Notes under the pieces: generated by a model
Databases searched by the model: none
The model's input: the letters and a program-made list of their open reading frames with translations, nothing else
What the model was told of the DNA's origin: nothing
In this document: positions 59,591 through 64,000 of the stretch, piece after piece
How the letters are laid out: every line of letters starts with the position of its first letter
How positions within the stretch are numbered: the stretch's first letter is position 1
Position numbers and translations under genes: made by a program
Assembly (NCBI GenBank): GCA_963848635.1
Contig: CAWKEA010000002.1
Location: 13,464 to 77,463, forward strand
DNA: 64,000 nucleotides
From: an uncultured bacterium
GTDB taxonomy: Bacteria > Patescibacteriota > Minisyncoccia > Phycocordibacterales > PALSA-1337
Reading direction: 5' to 3'

Positions 59591-60775
59591 ATGCGTCACC
59601 AGGAACCTATTGCCCGCTTTAAAAAGATCATATATTCGATCGGCCTGATCAATTTCATCTTTACGCTCCACTTGGCCATACCTGCGTATATCGATTCTTC
59701 ATATCTGAGCCTGTTTGCCAGCGAGAATTTTGTCGGCGTCGTCTACATGGCGGCGGCGGGCATGACTGTTCTCGCCTTTTTCCTCATATACCGTGTCTTG
59801 AAAAGATACGGCGACTACGCCACGGCTATCGGGCTCATCGCCCTTGATGCCATAACCATGGTCGGCATCATCTGGGGGCAATCGCCTGTCATAATCGAGA
59901 TTTCCTTCGTCCTCAACATGGCGATCTTGGCCCTTGTCGGATTCACCAACGACGTCTTCCTCGAGACGTATACGGAAGTTTCGCACACAGGCCAAGTCCG
60001 CGGCTGGTTTTTGGCTTTGGAAAACAGCGCGTGGATACTTTCACCGTTGATCGCGGGCATACTGATAACAGACCATGTCTATACTCGAGTCTTCATCGCT
60101 TCCCTTTCCCTGCTCGTGCCAGTCGCCTATCTTGTCCATAAAAATCTCCATAGATTCGCCGACTCTCCTTACGAATCGCCATCGGTGGGGGTAACGATCC
60201 GCGAGATCGCCGGTTTCCCGGACATTTGGAAGCTCTTCATGATCAATATATTCCTCCAGACTTTTTACTGCTGGATGGTCATCTACACGCCGCTGTACCT
60301 TTTGAACGTCGTCGGCTTCGATTGGTCGTCGATCGGCATCATTTTGACCGTCATGCTCGTGCCGTTCGTGCTCATACAAGCGCCCTTCGGACGCATCGCC
60401 GACCGAGGCTGGGGAGAAAAGCGCCTCATGGCTCTCGGTTTCATCGTCATGGGAGCGACCACTATCGCTCTATCGTTCATCCACTCGCCGTCGATCATAA
60501 TCTGGGCAAGCGCGCTTTTTGCCACGCGCATCGGCGCGGCCCTGGCGGAAGTCATGATAGAGACCTATTTCTTCAAGAAAGTGAAGCCGCGAAATTCGAA
60601 CATCCTTTCGCTCTTTCGCACGACCCGCCAGATCCCTTATTTCATCGCCCCGATCATAACAGGTGTCGGCCTTATGTTCACGGATTCGACCGGCTTGTTC
60701 ACCATTCTCGGCGTCATCTGCTTCCTGCCGCTATTCCTCATCGCTTTCATACATGATACTGACCGGATCATATAG
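59591..60775 (+). CDS. MFS transporter
   Basis: 12 predicted TM segments; the MFS loop motif GRIADRGWGEKR. Confidence 0.7.
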   Translation: MRHQEPIARFKKIIYSIGLINFIFTLHLAIPAYIDSSYLSLFASENFVGVVYMAAAGMTVLAFFLIYRVLKRYGDYATAIGLIALDAITMVGIIWGQSPVIIEISFVLNMAILALVGFTNDVFLETYTEVSHTGQVRGWFLALENSAWILSPLIAGILITDHVYTRVFIASLSLLVPVAYLVHKNLHRFADSPYESPSVGVTIREIAGFPDIWKLFMINIFLQTFYCWMVIYTPLYLLNVVGFDWSSIGIILTVMLVPFVLIQAPFGRIADRGWGEKRLMALGFIVMGATTIALSFIHSPSIIIWASALFATRIGAALAEVMIETYFFKKVKPRNSNILSLFRTTRQIPYFIAPIITGVGLMFTDSTGLFTILGVICFLPLFLIAFIHDTDRII

Positions 60776-60896
60776 ACCATCAGAAATGACGATCAAAAGC
60801 AGAAAAGACCGGATTGCCTGTCATTCTATATAAAAAGTACACGATAAAGGAAAACTAATTCCTTTAAAAGTTTCTCTCTTTTTTCAATATTTTTCT

Positions 60897-61706
60897 TTAC
60901 ATCTTCACCGCCTCCAAGTAAAGGAAAAGGGGTATCTCGTGACGGGTGCGGTCTTCTTCGGCGCCGCGAGGGCCGCCATTGCTTTTCTTGGTCGAAACCC
61001 ATTCTTCGAGGCGCGTCACCGCGAGGCCTGCCTTGCCGAGAGCTTTGAAATAGCTCTGAAGCGGGCGATGGAATGACACGGTCGCTTTCTTTGATCGTGC
61101 GGCTGTCGACCCGGGGTTCATATCGATCTCAATTTTCGTTTCGGACATATAGGCGTCGATGCGGCGATATTGCCGTGCTGATTCAGCATCCCATCCCCAG
61201 GCCGAGCTCTTCGGAACGCGGAAAGCAGGATGATTAAGGACAAGAAAAAGCTTGCCGCCCTTTTTGAGCGCGCGAGCCGCTTCGGCCAACGTCCCGCCCA
61301 GATTCTCGATATTTTGAAGGGCAAGGACGATGATGGCCTTGTCAAAAGAGGCGTCTACTGCGAACTCGAGCTTGTCTGCGGGAGCGACATTGAATGACGC
61401 GTTCTTCTCTGGATGTTCACGGGCAAGACTGACGAGCTCAACCGAGATATCGGCTCCGACGACTAACGCGCCTTTTTGAGCGAAGGCTCGGGAAAAGAAT
61501 CCTTGGCCGCAGGCGATGTCCAAGATCCGTTCCTTGTCGTCCGGTGCGACGAGGCGCAAGAGATTCGGCAGGATGAGATCAGCCTGATATGTGCCCTTCT
61601 TCTCTTCGACCAAAGCATCATACCAATCCGCCACGATTCCCCATGAAGTTTCCTTTGGCTGGGCGGCTTTATCTTTTTCTGATTTTTTCATAGCAACTTT
61701 TTTCAC
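60897..61706 (-). CDS. Class I SAM-dependent methyltransferase
   Basis: Motif I ILDIACGQGFF and the post-I acidic region VVGADIS. Confidence 0.75.
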   Translation of the reverse strand: MKKVAMKKSEKDKAAQPKETSWGIVADWYDALVEEKKGTYQADLILPNLLRLVAPDDKERILDIACGQGFFSRAFAQKGALVVGADISVELVSLAREHPEKNASFNVAPADKLEFAVDASFDKAIIVLALQNIENLGGTLAEAARALKKGGKLFLVLNHPAFRVPKSSAWGWDAESARQYRRIDAYMSETKIEIDMNPGSTAARSKKATVSFHRPLQSYFKALGKAGLAVTRLEEWVSTKKSNGGPRGAEEDRTRHEIPLFLYLEAVKM

Positions 61707-61851
61707 AGGATGAGTGTATCATACATGGAATAAGGCACAATCACTGCGTCAAATGTCCCAATTATCAGTCATTTTAATGCATCAAAAAAATAAATGAAAC
61801 CAAGAGCGTCGATCGCTCTTTTTGTTCCGCAGATGAAGCCTCCCGATTCCT

Positions 61852-63150
61852 TTATTTTTTTCTGAAGTCCTTGATCGCCTCCCATATCAATCCGCCATAC
61901 CTCACGCTGAGTATCATGGCCGTCGTCCAGAATATGCCGGCCGAATAGCCAGCGATGATGTCAGAGAGCCAGTGCACCCCAAGAACGAGCCTGCTCCCGC
62001 CGACAAACAGCGTGATGATCACGAGACCGATGACAAAGAACCAGCGCCACTGCTTTGATCGTATCTTTGGAGCAAAGAAATAAACGAGCAAGATCAAGGC
62101 TCCCGCTATAGCCGTGGCATGGCCCGAAGGAAAGCTGAAATCCGAAAGACTGATGAGCGCGTCGACCGGACGCGGACTGCCGATCGCATTTTTAAGGAAC
62201 TCGGTCAAAAGATATCCTCCGACAAGAGATGAAAGGACGATATAAAAATGACGCCATCGCTTTTGTATGAAAAAATAGACCGACAGGCAGACGGCGACGA
62301 CCGCCAAGGTAGCTGGACCAAAACAAGCGCTTATGACGATGGACGCGGATACGAGCCATGGCGCCATAGCCGCCAGATTGCTGAACCAAACATTCGCCGC
62401 AACATCGGGTAGAAGCATGAAATGATGCCAACCAGAGATGCCTTGGAGCATGGCGGCAAAGCCGCACAACGCCAAAACGTTCAATATGAGGGCAAAAAGC
62501 TCGTATTTTGCGAATATATGGAATCGCTTGCTGATGAAATAATAAGCGACGGCGATGAGCACAGCAACGATAAGGCCAATGAGAATGACGCGACCGAAAT
62601 AGACTGACGCGACGGCATAGCTTGCCCCAAACACGTAGCCGACGACAAATGCCAGCGCCGTCCACGATACGTTTGCAAGAACGTCGATCAGAATAAAACG
62701 GCCGAAAGAGACCTTGCTTGACCCTACTGTGAATGGAACGAGCGAGCGAGTCAAGGGATTGAATTTACCGATGAATATCGCCTTGCTCAAATGTCCTGAA
62801 ATAAGATTTTTGATCTTCTCGACAGATTCTGTTTTGATCGAGAATAGCTTGCCGACACGAATCAGGAACGAATAGCCGTATTTCTTGCCCAAGAAATAGC
62901 CGGCAATGTCTCCAAGGATCATTCCAGAGAGCGATGCCGCTATGACAGCATCGAATCTCAAAGCTCCGATCTTTGCGAGGAACATGGCAAAAAAAACGAC
63001 GGTGTGGCTCGGAGAAAGAAAGCCGATCGGAGGTATGCCTTCGATAAAAGTGACCGCGAAGACGACTGCCGGCCCTCCAGTGGAAAGCCATGATTCTATC
63101 CAAGGCTGGATCTGTGACAGATGGAGAAAGAAGGGATGAAGGTGATGCAT
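61852..63150 (-). CDS. DedA (VTT domain) fused to a PAP2 phosphatase (PgpB/BcrC-like)
   Basis: The N-terminal DedA motif (FIEGIPPIGFLSPSHTVVFFAMF ... GKKYG) and C-terminal PAP2 motifs (KNAIGSPRP ... SFPSGHAT ... GSRLVLGVHWLSD). Confidence 0.75.
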   Translation of the reverse strand: MHHLHPFFLHLSQIQPWIESWLSTGGPAVVFAVTFIEGIPPIGFLSPSHTVVFFAMFLAKIGALRFDAVIAASLSGMILGDIAGYFLGKKYGYSFLIRVGKLFSIKTESVEKIKNLISGHLSKAIFIGKFNPLTRSLVPFTVGSSKVSFGRFILIDVLANVSWTALAFVVGYVFGASYAVASVYFGRVILIGLIVAVLIAVAYYFISKRFHIFAKYELFALILNVLALCGFAAMLQGISGWHHFMLLPDVAANVWFSNLAAMAPWLVSASIVISACFGPATLAVVAVCLSVYFFIQKRWRHFYIVLSSLVGGYLLTEFLKNAIGSPRPVDALISLSDFSFPSGHATAIAGALILLVYFFAPKIRSKQWRWFFVIGLVIITLFVGGSRLVLGVHWLSDIIAGYSAGIFWTTAMILSVRYGGLIWEAIKDFRKK

Positions 63151-63333
63151 GAGGATGCGCTAAGGCTGGGGATAGTGGGGATAATTGTAACATATAAACG
63201 CATAAAGATGTTGTATACTAGTACTGTTCGTTCAAATGCAATAATATAGATATAAAGAGCTCCCCGCGTCGAGGATATACTATCTCTATTCCGACCTGGC
63301 GCTCGAAATGAGAGATTTCATAAATTTACTCCC

Positions 63334-64000
63334 ATGAAAATACTTTTTGTAGACGACGACGCGGAGCTCCGCGATATAATGACAGACAATCTGCAGTCAG
63401 AGTCGTATACCGTCGACACCGCCCCCGATGGCAAAAAAGGCTCATACATGGCCCGCACGAACCGCTATGATCTCGTTATACTTGATTATTCGATGCCTGA
63501 AAAGAACGGCCAAGTAGTGGTGCAAGAGATCAGAGGAGCCGGCTTGACTATGCCGATAGTGCTCCTTTCGGTCATCGATGACATCGAGAAGAAAGTGGCG
63601 ATCTTGGAAAGCGGAGCCGATGATTATGTCGAGAAGCCTTTTGCTTATACCGAACTCTCGGCCCGAATAAAAGCCATATTGCGCAGGCCACCACAGATCA
63701 AGCAGGAGATAATGGCCGTAGGCGATATCGTACTCGACCTTGGAAGCAATACTGTCACCCTAGCCGGATCGCCTTTGTATCTTACGCGAAAAGAATTCAA
63801 TCTTTTGCAGTATCTCGTCAGCAACAAAAATACCGTGCTGTCGCGAAGCATGATCATGGAGCATGTTTGGAATGCCGATAGCGACCCTTTTTCGAATACG
63901 ATCGAGGCTCATATCACAAATCTGCGCAAAAAGATACGTCGGAAAAATTGCGATTATATACGAAATGTGCCGGGCCGCGGCTACATGATCACGGATGGAA
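63334..64000 (+). CDS. OmpR-family two-component response regulator, 3' end beyond the window
   Basis: A receiver domain (MKILFVDDDAELRD ... DLVILDYSMPEKNG ... phospho-Asp) and a winged-helix (LTRKEFNLLQYLVSNKNTVLSRSMIMEHVW). No stop before position 64000. Confidence 0.8.
   Translation, partial: MKILFVDDDAELRDIMTDNLQSESYTVDTAPDGKKGSYMARTNRYDLVILDYSMPEKNGQVVVQEIRGAGLTMPIVLLSVIDDIEKKVAILESGADDYVEKPFAYTELSARIKAILRRPPQIKQEIMAVGDIVLDLGSNTVTLAGSPLYLTRKEFNLLQYLVSNKNTVLSRSMIMEHVWNADSDPFSNTIEAHITNLRKKIRRKNCDYIRNVPGRGYMITDG

Overview
This 64 kb window is bacterial chromosome, apparently from an uncultivated, possibly Patescibacteria/CPR-like organism. That lineage guess is inference only, and the standard genetic code reads cleanly throughout. 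Most genes are on the minus strand. GC content looks mixed by eye: a roughly 50-55% core with several AT-rich patches at 1-1030, 31.9-37.3 kb and 42.9-43.2 kb.

Housekeeping genes are gyrA, hisS, rpoD, dnaG, mnmA, purF, pyrG, ftsE/ftsX, uppP, msrA/msrB, a DEAD-box helicase, rmuC and a UvrD-like helicase-nuclease. There are two clear tRNAs, Gln-CUG and Pro-CGG, both on the minus strand. There is also one IS30-family insertion sequence.

The main finding is a complete diversity-generating retroelement (DGR) at 35.9-38.5 kb. It has a reverse transcriptase with the DGR-type motif-4 signature, an Avd-like four-helix-bundle gene, and a 129-bp TR/VR pair. The 24 TR/VR differences all fall on template-strand adenines. 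VR encodes the C-terminus of a small target protein. The DGR sits in an AT-rich accessory stretch next to tRNA-Gln and downstream of the IS30 element.

Other points worth a second look:
- A roughly 300-nt structured RNA under a recurrent promoter motif. It has a tRNA-like domain (7-bp acceptor stem with G3:U70, canonical T-arm) and a 16-bp long-range helix, so it is a tmRNA-like candidate with unusual topology.
- A 35-bp promoter-like motif repeated upstream of three unrelated genes.
- A roughly 34-bp palindrome-containing element repeated upstream of four consecutive genes, one copy separated from its gene by the IS30.
- A tandem 162-bp array carrying duplicated 3' fragments of tRNA-Pro.
- Single-nucleotide frameshifts in at least six genes, including the essential dnaG, pyrG and ftsX, which points to indel errors in the assembly rather than real pseudogenes.
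- An in-frame hairpin-forming heptamer repeat inside mnmA.
- An extracytoplasmic methionine-sulfoxide repair cluster (msrA, msrB, a CcdA-thioredoxin fusion, PadR).
- A DedA-PAP2 fusion gene.

No CRISPR array is present.
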